From the sequence record PZ445430.1: a stretch of DNA of 64,000 bases. The stretch is one strand, 5' to 3'. The DNA comes from a phage. Positions within the stretch are counted from its first letter, which is position 1, and every line of letters starts with the position of its first letter. The position numbers and the translations under genes are program-made. This document shows positions 46,208 to 55,892 of the stretch, piece after piece. The notes below the pieces were generated by a model. That model saw only the letters and a list, made by a program, of their open reading frames with translations. It ran no database searches and was not told where the DNA came from.

Positions 46208-46288
46208 TGGGGTTTGGATACGATTTCTCCCAGCTACGCAAGGTAGTCGAGCAAACTCCATTTATCTCCCAAGTTTTAGGAGAAATGT

Positions 46289-46582
46289 GTGGATCGAGCA
46301 TTAAGACGCCATCACCGGCAACGTGTGAAAAACAATCGCAAAAAGTATTGGACAGTCTTCCCACATGAAGAAAGTCCTAAGCGGTTAGGCATTATCACTA
46401 CCACTCCTTGCATCTGTTCTTGTTGGATGTGTGGGAATCCTCGCAAATACTATAAGAATAGTAAAGCAGGTATGAAAATCTCGGAGATTAAAAAGATGGA
46501 ATCGACTGAACTGATTATCGGATATGGCGAAGGTATTTCAAATGATGAATTTGATGGCTTCGTAGGTTTCGGTGAAGGTTAA
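46289..46582 (+). CDS. hypothetical basic, Cys-containing protein
   Basis: 97 aa; GTG start 8 nt after AGGAG; terminator follows. Confidence 0.45.
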   Translation: MDRALRRHHRQRVKNNRKKYWTVFPHEESPKRLGIITTTPCICSCWMCGNPRKYYKNSKAGMKISEIKKMESTELIIGYGEGISNDEFDGFVGFGEG

Positions 46583-46591
46583 TTAATAATA

Positions 46592-46630
46592 AACCCCAGC
46601 TATTGAATAAGTAGTCTGGGGTTTTCTTGT
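46592..46630 (+). terminator. intrinsic terminator
   Basis: AAACCCCAG...CTGGGGTTT hairpin then TCTTG. Confidence 0.6.
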
Positions 46631-46646
46631 ATATAGGATTTTCGAA

Positions 46647-46832
46647 ATGAAAATTTTTAAAGTAAACTATAGCGGCCTGTGGTTAGGTGGTACAGCTATT
46701 GTTGTTGCGGAAACTGCGGAAGAAGCAATCGAACTGGCTAGAAACCATAGAAGTTCTATAGAATTCGAGAATGTGACAGTAGAAGAACTCCCTAGCAGTG
46801 GGGTAGTATACAACGACAACGGAGATTACTGA
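46647..46832 (+). CDS. small hypothetical protein
   Basis: 61 aa. Confidence 0.45.
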   Translation: MKIFKVNYSGLWLGGTAIVVAETAEEAIELARNHRSSIEFENVTVEELPSSGVVYNDNGDY

Positions 46833-46890
46833 TGTTATATTTTGAAGTTCGCCCACATTAAGTTAATTTAAAAGACTTAATGGAGGTAAT

Positions 46891-47286
46891 ATGAGCCGTA
46901 CATATCGTAAACAATCTGGAAATCGTCACTGGCGTGATTCACATCGTTCTACTTATAACTTTCATAGCAATAATATCCGTATTCCGTATATCTACACGGA
47001 TAGGGATGGTAAACAGTGGAAGTATTATCAAGTTCGATCCAATGAAGCATGGGCTAAAACTTGGGATGAAATTGAGAAGGAGATTCAGGAAAATATCATC
47101 CGTAACGAGAAGAAAGATGGGCACTGGTGGGATTCTGTTAGTAGGAACGTTAAGTGGCATTCTAACAAAATGGTTCGTCAGGGAAACCGTCGTGAACTTC
47201 ATCATGTGATGAAAGATCCAGAAAATTACGACTATAATCGCGATCATGATCTGCGTAAGCGTGGATTATGGTGGTGCTACGACTAA
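46891..47286 (+). CDS. hypothetical Trp/His/Arg-rich protein
   Basis: 131 aa. Confidence 0.5.
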   Translation: MSRTYRKQSGNRHWRDSHRSTYNFHSNNIRIPYIYTDRDGKQWKYYQVRSNEAWAKTWDEIEKEIQENIIRNEKKDGHWWDSVSRNVKWHSNKMVRQGNRRELHHVMKDPENYDYNRDHDLRKRGLWWCYD

Positions 47287-47303
47287 TTTCGTAAATAATT
47301 CAT

Positions 47304-47332
47304 TTGCTAAAACCCTCTTTTCTTGATATAAT
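47304..47332 (+). promoter_or_regulatory. sigma70-type promoter
   Basis: TTGCTA, 17 bp, TATAAT; flanked by inverted repeat AACCCTCT / AGAGGGCTT. Confidence 0.6.
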
Positions 47333-47362
47333 ATTTATATAAATTGATGAGAGGGCTTTGAA

Positions 47363-47644
47363 ATGAAAACTCGCTTAGACTGCGCTGTCCATGTTCTTGA
47401 GCATGATGTTGTTGGGACTTGTATGTCCTATCATGAAGCAGGCAGAATGATTGTTAAACGTATTGCTGATGTTTGTAGTTTGAAAATCACAGAAGATGAA
47501 GCAGACGAACTGCTTGGACAGGCAATAGAGAAAACAGAAATTTTCTTGTGCGATTCTTGTTCTTGGTGGTGTGAAGCTCACGAACATTCTTTCAATGATT
47601 ATGATGTATGCCGTGACTGTAAGGAGGATGATGAAGATGAGTAA
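47363..47644 (+). CDS. hypothetical Cys-rich acidic protein
   Basis: 93 aa; CDSCSWWCEAHEH...CRDC; promoter 47304-47332. Confidence 0.5.
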   Translation: MKTRLDCAVHVLEHDVVGTCMSYHEAGRMIVKRIADVCSLKITEDEADELLGQAIEKTEIFLCDSCSWWCEAHEHSFNDYDVCRDCKEDDEDE

Positions 47645-47852
47645 TTTCTGTTCTCCTTTCGTTACCTTTAGAACTTCTAATTATAAGGACTGTTCTATAA
47701 ATATAACTACAGTGGCATTAATAATTAGTGAAGGCCCTAATAGGTGTAAAGTGTATGTGACTGGAGACTCTATCGGTGTAACTATAGATACTAGTCGAGA
47801 AGGCGTACTACAGGCTATCACGAATAAACTAAGAGAGTTGCATTATGCGTAA
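47638..47852 (+). CDS. small hypothetical protein
   Basis: About 71 aa from the ATG overlapping the upstream stop. Confidence 0.4.
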
Positions 47853-48144
47853 ACTTATTATTGCTCTAGTAATTTCAGCAGTTAGTTTCGGTTCTCTGGC
47901 ATCCACCAAAGTTTCTATGAAAAATGGTAATATTAAAGTTCAGCAGAACGGTATTACCACCGAATATGGTAAAGTGCGTGATATTAAAGAACGTAATGGC
48001 AAAGTAGAGATCTATACTAATAAAAACTTCTCTACTCCGGCTGTTACTGTTAGCAAACGTGGTGAAATCACTACTCAACGTTCTAACAATTCCGATTCGT
48101 TTACTTGTCGTTATGATTGCGACTTTGAAGGTGAAGATGACTAA
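47845..48144 (+). CDS. small secreted protein
   Basis: 99 aa; signal peptide MRKLIIALVISAVSFGSLAS. Confidence 0.5.
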   Translation: MRKLIIALVISAVSFGSLASTKVSMKNGNIKVQQNGITTEYGKVRDIKERNGKVEIYTNKNFSTPAVTVSKRGEITTQRSNNSDSFTCRYDCDFEGEDD

Positions 48145-48556
48145 TTTAGATCCTAGAATTAAACTTGCGATTGAAGAAATCCAAGATCAAATCGATGAGG
48201 ACTTCACTGTTTGGTCAAGATTTGGTAATGGTGAGGGTTGTCAGCTTTATAGTATGAAAATGGGTATCTCGATTGAACTTAGTATCAATCCCGAGGGCAA
48301 CGTAGAAGCCCAACCCACGTTCAGTGTTCCAGGTTTCTCTGGATTTGTTATGGGCATGAAATTATGTTTGCCAAACAAACATCTTTACCGTGTTATCTGT
48401 CAGCTAGAAACGATTAAACATTTCTTACCTGAAGGTAACATTAACGATTACTATCATGAGGTTGTAGCAGCCCACATGATGAAGGAACGCAAACGTCGGA
48501 GAGAAGAACGTGAAAGAGCTAAATCTCAACAGTCTAGTTCAGATTCCAGCAACTGA
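48137..48556 (+). CDS. hypothetical protein
   Basis: About 139 aa from the ATG overlapping the upstream stop. Confidence 0.45.
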   Translation: MTNLDPRIKLAIEEIQDQIDEDFTVWSRFGNGEGCQLYSMKMGISIELSINPEGNVEAQPTFSVPGFSGFVMGMKLCLPNKHLYRVICQLETIKHFLPEGNINDYYHEVVAAHMMKERKRRREERERAKSQQSSSDSSN

Positions 48557-48803
48557 TGCTGTACTAGAGTATCTTAGAAATGATCACACTAAATTCTGGA
48601 CTGATTATAGCTACGAGCATAAATCAGATTTAGCTACTGATTTTGCAAATAAACGAATAGCTGAGTATACAGATCCTAGAGTTAAGAATGATATGATTAC
48701 TTTACCACTTTGGGATGTGATGGAAAAGTTTGGCAAAGACTTATGCACAGGTTGTGTACCATTGTTTGTTACTATTTTAGTTGACGAAAAGGATCTTAAA
48801 TGA
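48510..48803 (+). CDS. hypothetical protein
   Basis: 97 aa; start uncertain (overlaps the upstream gene by 46 nt). Confidence 0.4.
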   Translation: MKELNLNSLVQIPATDAVLEYLRNDHTKFWTDYSYEHKSDLATDFANKRIAEYTDPRVKNDMITLPLWDVMEKFGKDLCTGCVPLFVTILVDEKDLK

Positions 48804-49084
48804 TTATCTCTCCATTTGCTTTGTGGTTTGTTATTGGTGCAGTTGTCGCGATTTACAGTCTGATTGATGATCTGTATATCTCTAAAAATAAAGATGTTAT
48901 TCTTTATGTTATAAACAAGTATCGTCCACCAGAATTAGCAGAATTTGACGATGAAAAGATGTTCAAATTCATTATGTCAGGTATGCTTATTATGGACACC
49001 TTGTTCGGACCAGTAGCCACTTATTTCTTCTTCCGTAAGACTCGTAAGATGAAAAAGTTCCGTGCTGAAATGCAGAACAAGTAA
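48800..49084 (+). CDS. small membrane protein
   Basis: 94 aa, two hydrophobic helices. Confidence 0.45.
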   Translation: MIISPFALWFVIGAVVAIYSLIDDLYISKNKDVILYVINKYRPPELAEFDDEKMFKFIMSGMLIMDTLFGPVATYFFFRKTRKMKKFRAEMQNK

Positions 49085-49200
49085 AGAACTAGCGTAGGAC
49101 CGAGTTGCGTCACCTGCAACTGTTACGGATAAGGGAGTCGTGCCCCTTAGTGCGGTAAGTGGTGAGTTGGTCGCTGACCTCAACTTTAACTGGAGATATC

Positions 49201-49542
49201 ATGAGCTTTATTTTATTCATTGTAGCAGCATGGTTTATTATTGGTTTAGGCTATGCTATTGCAGTTATTCGTCATCTGGATGAATATTCTGCTGAATGGT
49301 TTATTAAGTACCTACGTTTAGACGATCAAGAATACGAGTTCGACAGTGCTGAGGAAAGACAGGCTGTCCAGTCAATGACCCCCAGAGAATGCTTGCTTTA
49401 CATGCGTGTAATTGGTTTCTTTGGACTGTTGGTAGCAGGACCGCTAGGTCTTACTATTGCGCCCTATAAAGAAGTTATTGACGACATTAAACTATGGAGA
49501 ACCGCTGGATCGCTACGTCGTGCTAGAGAATTAAGTAAATAA
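49201..49542 (+). CDS. membrane protein
   Basis: About 113 aa from the ATG after GGAG; terminator follows. Confidence 0.45.
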   Translation: MSFILFIVAAWFIIGLGYAIAVIRHLDEYSAEWFIKYLRLDDQEYEFDSAEERQAVQSMTPRECLLYMRVIGFFGLLVAGPLGLTIAPYKEVIDDIKLWRTAGSLRRARELSK

Positions 49543-49583
49543 GAGTGATGATAATCACCTCCTAGCAAGAATAATAATGACAA

Positions 49584-49620
49584 AGCCCAGCCTGCAATTT
49601 TGCGACTGGGCTATTTTTGT
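49584..49620 (+). terminator. intrinsic terminator
   Basis: AGCCCAG...CTGGGCT hairpin then ATTTTTGT. Confidence 0.6.
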
Positions 49621-49633
49621 AATAAAATTTCAG

Positions 49634-49662
49634 TTGCTCAGATGCCACAAGTATTGTATAAT
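49634..49662 (+). promoter_or_regulatory. sigma70-type promoter
   Basis: TTGCTC, 17 bp, TATAAT. Confidence 0.55.
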
Positions 49663-49693
49663 ATGTTTATAGATTGAGGCAAAAGGATAATTT

Positions 49694-50392
49694 ATGAGAA
49701 TCATTTCAAAGTTCAATGATGTATACGATTTGCAGAATAGTTTATTTGATCCAGATCGTGTCTGGGAGCGTAAAACTGAAGAGCTGCTGGTAAAAGTAAC
49801 TGACGATGTAGAAAAGAATATCGTTCATAATCGTCAAGTGTTTCGTGAAGGTTCCTTATCCTTCCGTGGTGACTTCGAATACTCAGTAAATCCACTGTTT
49901 ATTGCAGGTGAAGTTTATTGGTTACATGAGCTGTCCTGCTGGCATCCAGCATTCAGTTTCAAAACGTTCAATATCGATGCTGTGTTCGATAAAATGGAAG
50001 AAATGGGATTACATGCCCGTTCTTATTTACTAGACAAGAATCGTGGTGATGTTCGTGAAACTATGCGAGATATGTTGGTTGAAGCAAAACCTAAAGCAGA
50101 ACGTATCTTATCTGAACTGCGTGTACCAATTGCGTATGTGAAAGGTATTAAGAAGAACGATAACGATGATGTTCGTAACTTCGTAATTCAGACCAACATT
50201 CGTTTCCACCAGTCGGGTATTCCGTGGCAGGAAATTGAAAGTAACTTATACCGTTTACACCAAGTTCTCGAACAGTATATTTTCGGTGTACTAGGAACTG
50301 GTGAGCCTGATATGATTACCGTATCAGATAAAGACAGGTTAGCAGCACATGGATTTGATACAAAAACTTCTTTCAGGAATATGGCAAGGTAA
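49694..50392 (+). CDS. hypothetical protein
   Basis: 232 aa after promoter 49634-49662. Confidence 0.5.
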   Translation: MRIISKFNDVYDLQNSLFDPDRVWERKTEELLVKVTDDVEKNIVHNRQVFREGSLSFRGDFEYSVNPLFIAGEVYWLHELSCWHPAFSFKTFNIDAVFDKMEEMGLHARSYLLDKNRGDVRETMRDMLVEAKPKAERILSELRVPIAYVKGIKKNDNDDVRNFVIQTNIRFHQSGIPWQEIESNLYRLHQVLEQYIFGVLGTGEPDMITVSDKDRLAAHGFDTKTSFRNMAR

Positions 50393-50798
50393 GTGGTATA
50401 TACTGGGAGCTGGTCTTGCGATAGGTATCGGATTCGGTGCTTATCACTTAGTAAATAAGGTTGAAACTCTAGCTGGGGATCTTGCAGTTGCGACTAAAAA
50501 GATATCCACTCTAGAGACTTCCCTTAATAAGGTGAAAACTGAAAGTGAACTTCGGGAGACTCGAATGAATCAGTATTTCACAATGAATAATATTTCGCAA
50601 GCAGATCTAGACAAAAAGATTAAGCAGTTAGATAAAGCTCTTAGTCGTCAAGATGTTATCGCTGCAAAGCCTGGATTGGTAACATTAATTGCTAAAAAGC
50701 AGAATAAAGAGTTCGAGGAAAGATTAGCGTGTTTAACTGGAAACTTGGAGTACTGCTCGCAGCCGCAATCACAATCACAGGCTGTGCAGAAGAAATAA
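50349..50798 (+). CDS. membrane-anchored coiled-coil protein (i-spanin-like architecture)
   Basis: 149 aa; N-terminal TM WYILGAGLAIGIGFGAY then coiled coil. Confidence 0.35.
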   Translation: MDLIQKLLSGIWQGKWYILGAGLAIGIGFGAYHLVNKVETLAGDLAVATKKISTLETSLNKVKTESELRETRMNQYFTMNNISQADLDKKIKQLDKALSRQDVIAAKPGLVTLIAKKQNKEFEERLACLTGNLEYCSQPQSQSQAVQKK

Positions 50799-51082
50799 AA
50801 CCAGAGCCATCCCATGAGTTAAAGCAAGCTCATGTCGATTGGCCTAAAGGACTTCAGCCTTGTAGTTTTGATTTCAAATTCGAAAAGAAATTAGCTACAA
50901 ATGGTGAAGATGGCGTAGTAGTTGTTGTACCTTACAAAGATTGGAATGCAAAAGCAAAATGCGAGGAAGCAGTTTACTCTTACATTTCACGACTGACCGG
51001 TATGGTTTGCTTCTATCGTCAGGATTTACAAGAAAAACGTTGCTTAGTTTATTATCCACCCATTACAAATAGGAAAGATTAA
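50729..51082 (+). CDS. putative lipoprotein (o-spanin-like arrangement)
   Basis: 117 aa; lipobox LAAAITITGC; GTG start overlapping the 3' end of the upstream gene in another frame. Confidence 0.35.
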   Translation: MFNWKLGVLLAAAITITGCAEEIKPEPSHELKQAHVDWPKGLQPCSFDFKFEKKLATNGEDGVVVVVPYKDWNAKAKCEEAVYSYISRLTGMVCFYRQDLQEKRCLVYYPPITNRKD

Positions 51083-51834
51083 TGTCAGTATTAGTCGGTT
51101 TACATGGTGAGGCTGGTGCGGGAAAAGATACTGTTGCAAAATTAATGATTGACTGGTGTAACGACACGTTCCCAACGTGTTTATCCCGTCGGTACAGTTT
51201 TGCTAAACCCGTTTACGAACTTGCATCCGTAATCCTCGGGGTAACTCCAGAGTTTCTGGGAGAGCGCAGGGGAAAAGAGATTGACCAATGGTTTACGGTC
51301 ACACAATCTCAATTGGAGCGAGCTAGAGACGTATGGTTTAAGTATGGTATCGATAAGTTTGAGGACTTCTCGTACGTTTGGCCGATTTTTGAAGGAAAAT
51401 ACCTTGATCCTCAGCAATTGATTGGGCAAGCTGATGATGCGCTATATAGCGTGTTTATCTCCCCAAGAAAAATGCTTCAGCTTGTAGGTACTGAGTTAGG
51501 AAGGCAGCTGGTGCATGAACGCATTTGGCTCATAATTCTGGAGCAATCCATCGATAAAGACGATCCAGACGTCGCAATCGTTACCGATGTGCGTTTCCCC
51601 AATGAGGGAGAGCTAATCATGGAAACCAATACTCTAGATATGGATTCCATGCTTATTAAGGTTGAATCTGGTATTACTAATAAGTATCGCATCGAGACAG
51701 ATCACCCGTCTGAAAGCGGTATTCCTGAAAAATACATTTCTCATAAATTTGAGAATACCTTCAACGGACTTGATGCACTTCGTACCGATGTGTACCACTT
51801 CTGTGACTTAGAGCTAGAACCACTAGTTGGATAA
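51082..51834 (+). CDS. deoxynucleoside monophosphate kinase
   Basis: 250 aa; P-loop GLHGEAGAGKDT resembles phage dNMP kinase. Confidence 0.6.
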   Translation: MSVLVGLHGEAGAGKDTVAKLMIDWCNDTFPTCLSRRYSFAKPVYELASVILGVTPEFLGERRGKEIDQWFTVTQSQLERARDVWFKYGIDKFEDFSYVWPIFEGKYLDPQQLIGQADDALYSVFISPRKMLQLVGTELGRQLVHERIWLIILEQSIDKDDPDVAIVTDVRFPNEGELIMETNTLDMDSMLIKVESGITNKYRIETDHPSESGIPEKYISHKFENTFNGLDALRTDVYHFCDLELEPLVG

Positions 51835-51846
51835 TTAAGGATCACT

Positions 51847-52446
51847 ATGACTAATAAGAAAGAAGAAAAGACTAACCTGTTTCACACTGTTCACCAATCT
51901 AACGAATATACCTTTTTCTTTGATGAAGAATTAGGTTCACCAGATGAGTATCGTGACCTATCTATGATACTGATGCAGGCTGGTGAAGAAGATGAAATTA
52001 ATCTGATGATTAATGGGCCAGGTGGTTACGTTGATACTGCTGCCCAGCTATCTAACTTAATCGCTAACTGTCGTGGAACGGTTATTGGACACCTGCTCGG
52101 TCCTAGTGCTTCTGCTTATTGCACAATCTTCCTGTCTTGCCACGGTTGGGTTGTACATCCACATGCTACGCTTATGGGACATACGTTCTCTGGCGGATTC
52201 TGTGAGAAAGGTCAAGAAATCAAGAAAGCCTATGAATCCTACAACCAGTTTGTAGAAGATATGATGCTAGATATTTACTTTCCGTTCTTCTCTGTCGACG
52301 AAATCGAGGACATGGTAAAAGAGAATAAGAATATCTATCTTAACAGCAAAGAAATCAATAAGCGTATTAAAATTTTGGCGAATTATCGCAAAGAGCAATA
52401 TAGTAAAGCTCAAGCCCCACATCCAGAAGAACATGGAGAAGTGTAA
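51847..52446 (+). CDS. ClpP-like (S14) serine peptidase-like protein
   Basis: 199 aa; INGPGGYVDTA resembles the ClpP INSPGG motif; Ser/His candidates present. Confidence 0.5.
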   Translation: MTNKKEEKTNLFHTVHQSNEYTFFFDEELGSPDEYRDLSMILMQAGEEDEINLMINGPGGYVDTAAQLSNLIANCRGTVIGHLLGPSASAYCTIFLSCHGWVVHPHATLMGHTFSGGFCEKGQEIKKAYESYNQFVEDMMLDIYFPFFSVDEIEDMVKENKNIYLNSKEINKRIKILANYRKEQYSKAQAPHPEEHGEV

Positions 52447-52454
52447 GTAGTTTT

Positions 52455-52487
52455 AAGCCAGAGTTTAACGACTCTGGCTTTTCTTTT
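52455..52487 (+). terminator. intrinsic terminator
   Basis: AAGCCAGAGT-TTAACG-ACTCTGGCTT then TTCTTTTG. Confidence 0.65.
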
Positions 52488-52549
52488 GCCTAAAATTCTT
52501 CTTGACAACGACAAAAAATTGTGCTCCAGAAGTGATCTTAAAAAACACA

Positions 52550-52578
52550 TTGTAATTTTACTCTAGAATTAGTATAAT
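52550..52578 (+). promoter_or_regulatory. sigma70-type promoter for the holin-endolysin pair
   Basis: TTGTAA, 17 bp, TATAAT. Confidence 0.45.
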
Positions 52579-52602
52579 GGTAGTGGTTAGAGGAGGTTAC
52601 AA

Positions 52603-53259
52603 GTGGAAAAGTTTATACAACTATTAACGATACTGCTACAAGAAGCGAAAGATCCAGCTTCACTACTAAAACGTCTGCTAACTATCTTAGTTGCTGTCAT
52701 TATTTTCTTGTTTGTAAGTAACACTAGCGAGGTGATGTCATTTTTAAAGACTTTCTCCACGTCTTCGGTTTTACAGGATGTTCAAACCCAAAGGATAGAT
52801 AACTTTCCTAATGTAGCACGAGAAAAAAGTATGGTTCTTTTCTCCCAGACTGGTGCGGATGCCGTTTTTGTAGTAAAGTATAAACCAGATGCTATAAATG
52901 ATTATTCAAACATTATTGCATGGGAAAGCAATGCGCAATTGGATAGGGCTGACTTGGCCGATAAAGCAGTAAATAAGACGTCTGAACTTTATAGACGTCA
53001 CCTGGAAGGCTTTAACTACGCTGCGGATTTAAGTGTAAAAGTAAATAAATATACAGGGTCAAATATACCAGCATTTAAGAACATTACTTTTAATTACGTC
53101 TACACTTGTCCATATTTCAACCTAAATAATATCTATGCTGGATACATAGGTATTGCATGGAAGGATAAACCCGTAGATACAGCTGATTCGGAACAATTTA
53201 ATGAGTACTTAGCAAAGCTCTGTTCCCCACAACGGAGATCATTAGGTAGATCTATATGA
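52603..53259 (+). CDS. putative holin / membrane lysis protein
   Basis: 218 aa; GTG start after GAGGAGG; N-terminal TM LLTILVAVIIFLFV; immediately upstream of and overlapping the endolysin gene. Confidence 0.45.
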   Translation: MEKFIQLLTILLQEAKDPASLLKRLLTILVAVIIFLFVSNTSEVMSFLKTFSTSSVLQDVQTQRIDNFPNVAREKSMVLFSQTGADAVFVVKYKPDAINDYSNIIAWESNAQLDRADLADKAVNKTSELYRRHLEGFNYAADLSVKVNKYTGSNIPAFKNITFNYVYTCPYFNLNNIYAGYIGIAWKDKPVDTADSEQFNEYLAKLCSPQRRSLGRSI

Positions 53260-53669
53260 GTTTTAAATTTGGTAAAAATAGCGAAAAACAATTAGCAACT
53301 GTTAAGCCCGAGCTACAAAAGGTAGCTCGTAGGGCTTTAGAACTATCCCCATACGATTTCACAATCGTACAAGGTATTCGTACAGTAGCACAAAGTGCCC
53401 AAAATATTGCTAATGGTACTTCATTCTTGAAAGACCCTAGCAAAAGTAAGCATGTAACTGGAGACGCTATAGATTTTGCACCATATATTAATGGTAAGAT
53501 TGACTGGAAAGATCTGGAAGCATTTTGGGCTGTTAAGAAGGCTTTTGAACAAGCCGGTAAGGAACTTGGTATCAAACTTCGTTTTGGTGCCGACTGGAAT
53601 AGTTCTGGTGATTATCATGATGAGATCGATCGTGGTACTTACGACGGTGGTCACGTAGAATTAGTCTGA
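53256..53669 (+). CDS. lys: endolysin, L-alanyl-D-glutamate peptidase (zinc peptidase M15-like)
   Basis: 137 aa; zinc-ligand motifs HVTGDAIDF and DGGHVE. Confidence 0.75.
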   Translation: MSFKFGKNSEKQLATVKPELQKVARRALELSPYDFTIVQGIRTVAQSAQNIANGTSFLKDPSKSKHVTGDAIDFAPYINGKIDWKDLEAFWAVKKAFEQAGKELGIKLRFGADWNSSGDYHDEIDRGTYDGGHVELV

Positions 53670-53678
53670 TAATAAATC

Positions 53679-53704
53679 AAGGCGGGGTAACTCCCGCCTT
53701 TTAA
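53679..53704 (+). terminator. intrinsic terminator after the endolysin gene
   Basis: GGCGGG-GTAACT-CCCGCC then TTTTAAAG. Confidence 0.6.
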
Positions 53705-53744
53705 AGCAAAGGGGGCTTTAAAAACTTAATGATAGGAGAAAGCC

Positions 53745-54161
53745 ATGTTTGCAGAACTATTCACCATGATGTTACTAGGAATATGGAAGATAAGCCTAGT
53801 AGTTTTCATTTTAATGATAATTCTTACGGTTGTCGCACTAGTTACACAAAATGACACATTAAAGAAAGTCGTTCATGGGCTAGAGTATATAATTATGGGC
53901 ACATTCGGCGTTTGCAAATGCAACTGCCAGAGAAATACGAAATATTGTTGGCTTTGGATGGAGTTAGAAAACTGCATAACAGTAGCCCTAGCTGTCTCAT
54001 TCGGTATGATTCTTATGGCCCTTACTCTAGCATTGATACCACTGATGTTAGCTGGGGGAGTCACGGCTTATTTCACCCTTTTCTCCCCTATACTTATGTA
54101 TTCAATATATCCAATAACAATGTACCTAGTTAGGAAGAGATTCCCACATCAAGCACATTAA
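53745..54161 (+). CDS. integral membrane protein
   Basis: 138 aa, about four TM helices, Cys cluster CKCNCQ. Confidence 0.45.
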   Translation: MFAELFTMMLLGIWKISLVVFILMIILTVVALVTQNDTLKKVVHGLEYIIMGTFGVCKCNCQRNTKYCWLWMELENCITVALAVSFGMILMALTLALIPLMLAGGVTAYFTLFSPILMYSIYPITMYLVRKRFPHQAH

Positions 54162-54174
54162 TATAAAAAAGTAG

Positions 54175-54203
54175 TTGACTTTCCGCTGAAATTTTTATAT
54201 AAT
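54175..54203 (+). promoter_or_regulatory. sigma70-type promoter
   Basis: TTGACT, 17 bp, TATAAT. Confidence 0.6.
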
Positions 54204-54236
54204 ATTTGTATAAATTGAATCAGAGGAGTTTCACAA

Positions 54237-54647
54237 ATGTCAGATCGTTACTACACTCAGATGGCTAACCATTACAATATGGCTCCGTATGAATTGAACA
54301 TCGCATTACGTGACCTCGATTCACCAGAGCGTGCAAAACTTGAGAAAAAGGCGGGAATTCGTATGTCTAGCAAGGGCAAGAAACTTACTCGTATTGACTT
54401 AAATACCATGCTAATGGAAGAGCTTGGCGTGAATATTGAAGGTCAGAAGTTGCCTCTCAATGTTCTTGAAACGATGCTGGATAAAGTCAAAAAGAAAACC
54501 TATAAGAAAGTACAAGTACCGGAAGGCAGGCTAAAAGCCCCTTATCAGGCTGCTGTATCTGAGTGCTTAGGTGCTACCTTAGATCTTAGCACTGCAACTG
54601 TTAAAGTTATGAAGGCATTTTTGGAGGCCATTAATAAACATGAGTAA
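54237..54647 (+). CDS. hypothetical protein
   Basis: 136 aa after promoter 54175-54203. Confidence 0.5.
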   Translation: MSDRYYTQMANHYNMAPYELNIALRDLDSPERAKLEKKAGIRMSSKGKKLTRIDLNTMLMEELGVNIEGQKLPLNVLETMLDKVKKKTYKKVQVPEGRLKAPYQAAVSECLGATLDLSTATVKVMKAFLEAINKHE

Positions 54648-54930
54648 ATTAGTATATCTGTTAAAGGGATCTACCTGCAATCCGTGCAAAATGTTCGAGC
54701 CTGTATTTGATAAAGTAGTACAGGACTACAGTCTAGAAGTTCATAAAGAGACTGATAACACAGAACTTATGCAGAAATTTGGCGTTCGTCAGGTTCCTGT
54801 AGTAGTTCTAGCAGATCGTCTCCCAAATGGTCGTGTGGAAGCCAACCACATTCTGATTGGTCGTCAGCTTCGTAAAGAAACTATGCACGATGCAATCAAA
54901 AACTTCCTGGAAGATAACCCAGAAGATTAA
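54640..54930 (+). CDS. thioredoxin/glutaredoxin-like protein
   Basis: 96 aa; redox motif CNPC near the N-terminus. Confidence 0.55.
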   Translation: MSKLVYLLKGSTCNPCKMFEPVFDKVVQDYSLEVHKETDNTELMQKFGVRQVPVVVLADRLPNGRVEANHILIGRQLRKETMHDAIKNFLEDNPED

Positions 54931-54937
54931 TAAATCC

Positions 54938-54970
54938 AACCCAGATCTTAGCTGATCTGGGTTTTTTATT
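54938..54970 (+). terminator. intrinsic terminator
   Basis: AACCCAGATC...GATCTGGGTT then TTTTATT. Confidence 0.65.
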
Positions 54971-54972
54971 AC

Positions 54973-55001
54973 TTGCTTTCTGCTAAAAATTTTGATATAA
55001 T
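54973..55001 (+). promoter_or_regulatory. sigma70-type promoter for the Ser/Thr phosphatase gene
   Basis: TTGCTT, 17 bp, TATAAT. Confidence 0.6.
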
Positions 55002-55031
55002 ATTTATATAAATTTGAGAGAGGAATAACAA

Positions 55032-55892
55032 ATGGCTAAATTTAACCTGCACGAAATGTTAGTAGTACCAGACGATGTTAACCTGTTCTTCGTAGGAGAT
55101 ATTCACGGCTGTAATGATATGCTGGAAGATGCTCTTAAACTAGCAGGATATAAAGAAAAGCGGGATTATGTTGTCTGTGTTGGCGACCTAATTGACCGTG
55201 GCCCGCAGAACCTACAGGTTCTAGCTAAGTTCCTGTATAATCCACGCTACCGTAGCGTTCGTGGCAACCACGACCAATTTATGATTGGTGGTGATTACGC
55301 CAACTGGATGTACAACGGTGGCATGTGGGCTATGAATGAGCTAGATACTGATACCATTAAGGCTATTGGTGCAGATATGGCTAAAAAGATGCCAGTATTT
55401 ATGACTGTCCTGCATCGTGGTAAGAAATATGGTGTTGTTCATGGCGGAGTACCATTCCAGTATAAAGAAAATGGTAATGAAGTAAAAACACCAAACTGGG
55501 ATGATATTATTGATCGCATCGCTGCTAGCGAAAATGATCCTCATGATCATCCAGCTTACTATATCGAGCCATATCTATGGGATCGTGATGTAATCCAGGA
55601 AATTAGTTTCCACTTGTCTAAGCAAGGTGCTGAGCATCCATATTTCCAGCGTTATGCAGGGTTTAAGGATGAATTAGTTGTAGAAGTGCCGCCAGTTGGG
55701 AGTGTGGATTTCGTATTCCACGGTCATACTGGTGTTCCTTACCCAATTCTATATAAGAACCGTGTTTATCTTGATACTGGCGGTGTTTTCAACGGGCAGT
55801 TGACGGTTGCGCAAGTTAATGATGAAGCTGGTAAAATCATGACATTTACCACAGATAAAAATGATAGCTGTGGTGTACAGAGGATTCTATAA
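55032..55892 (+). CDS. Ser/Thr protein phosphatase (PPP-family metallophosphoesterase)
   Basis: Signature motifs GDIHGC, GDLIDRGPQ, GNHD in canonical order. Confidence 0.8.
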   Translation: MAKFNLHEMLVVPDDVNLFFVGDIHGCNDMLEDALKLAGYKEKRDYVVCVGDLIDRGPQNLQVLAKFLYNPRYRSVRGNHDQFMIGGDYANWMYNGGMWAMNELDTDTIKAIGADMAKKMPVFMTVLHRGKKYGVVHGGVPFQYKENGNEVKTPNWDDIIDRIAASENDPHDHPAYYIEPYLWDRDVIQEISFHLSKQGAEHPYFQRYAGFKDELVVEVPPVGSVDFVFHGHTGVPYPILYKNRVYLDTGGVFNGQLTVAQVNDEAGKIMTFTTDKNDSCGVQRIL

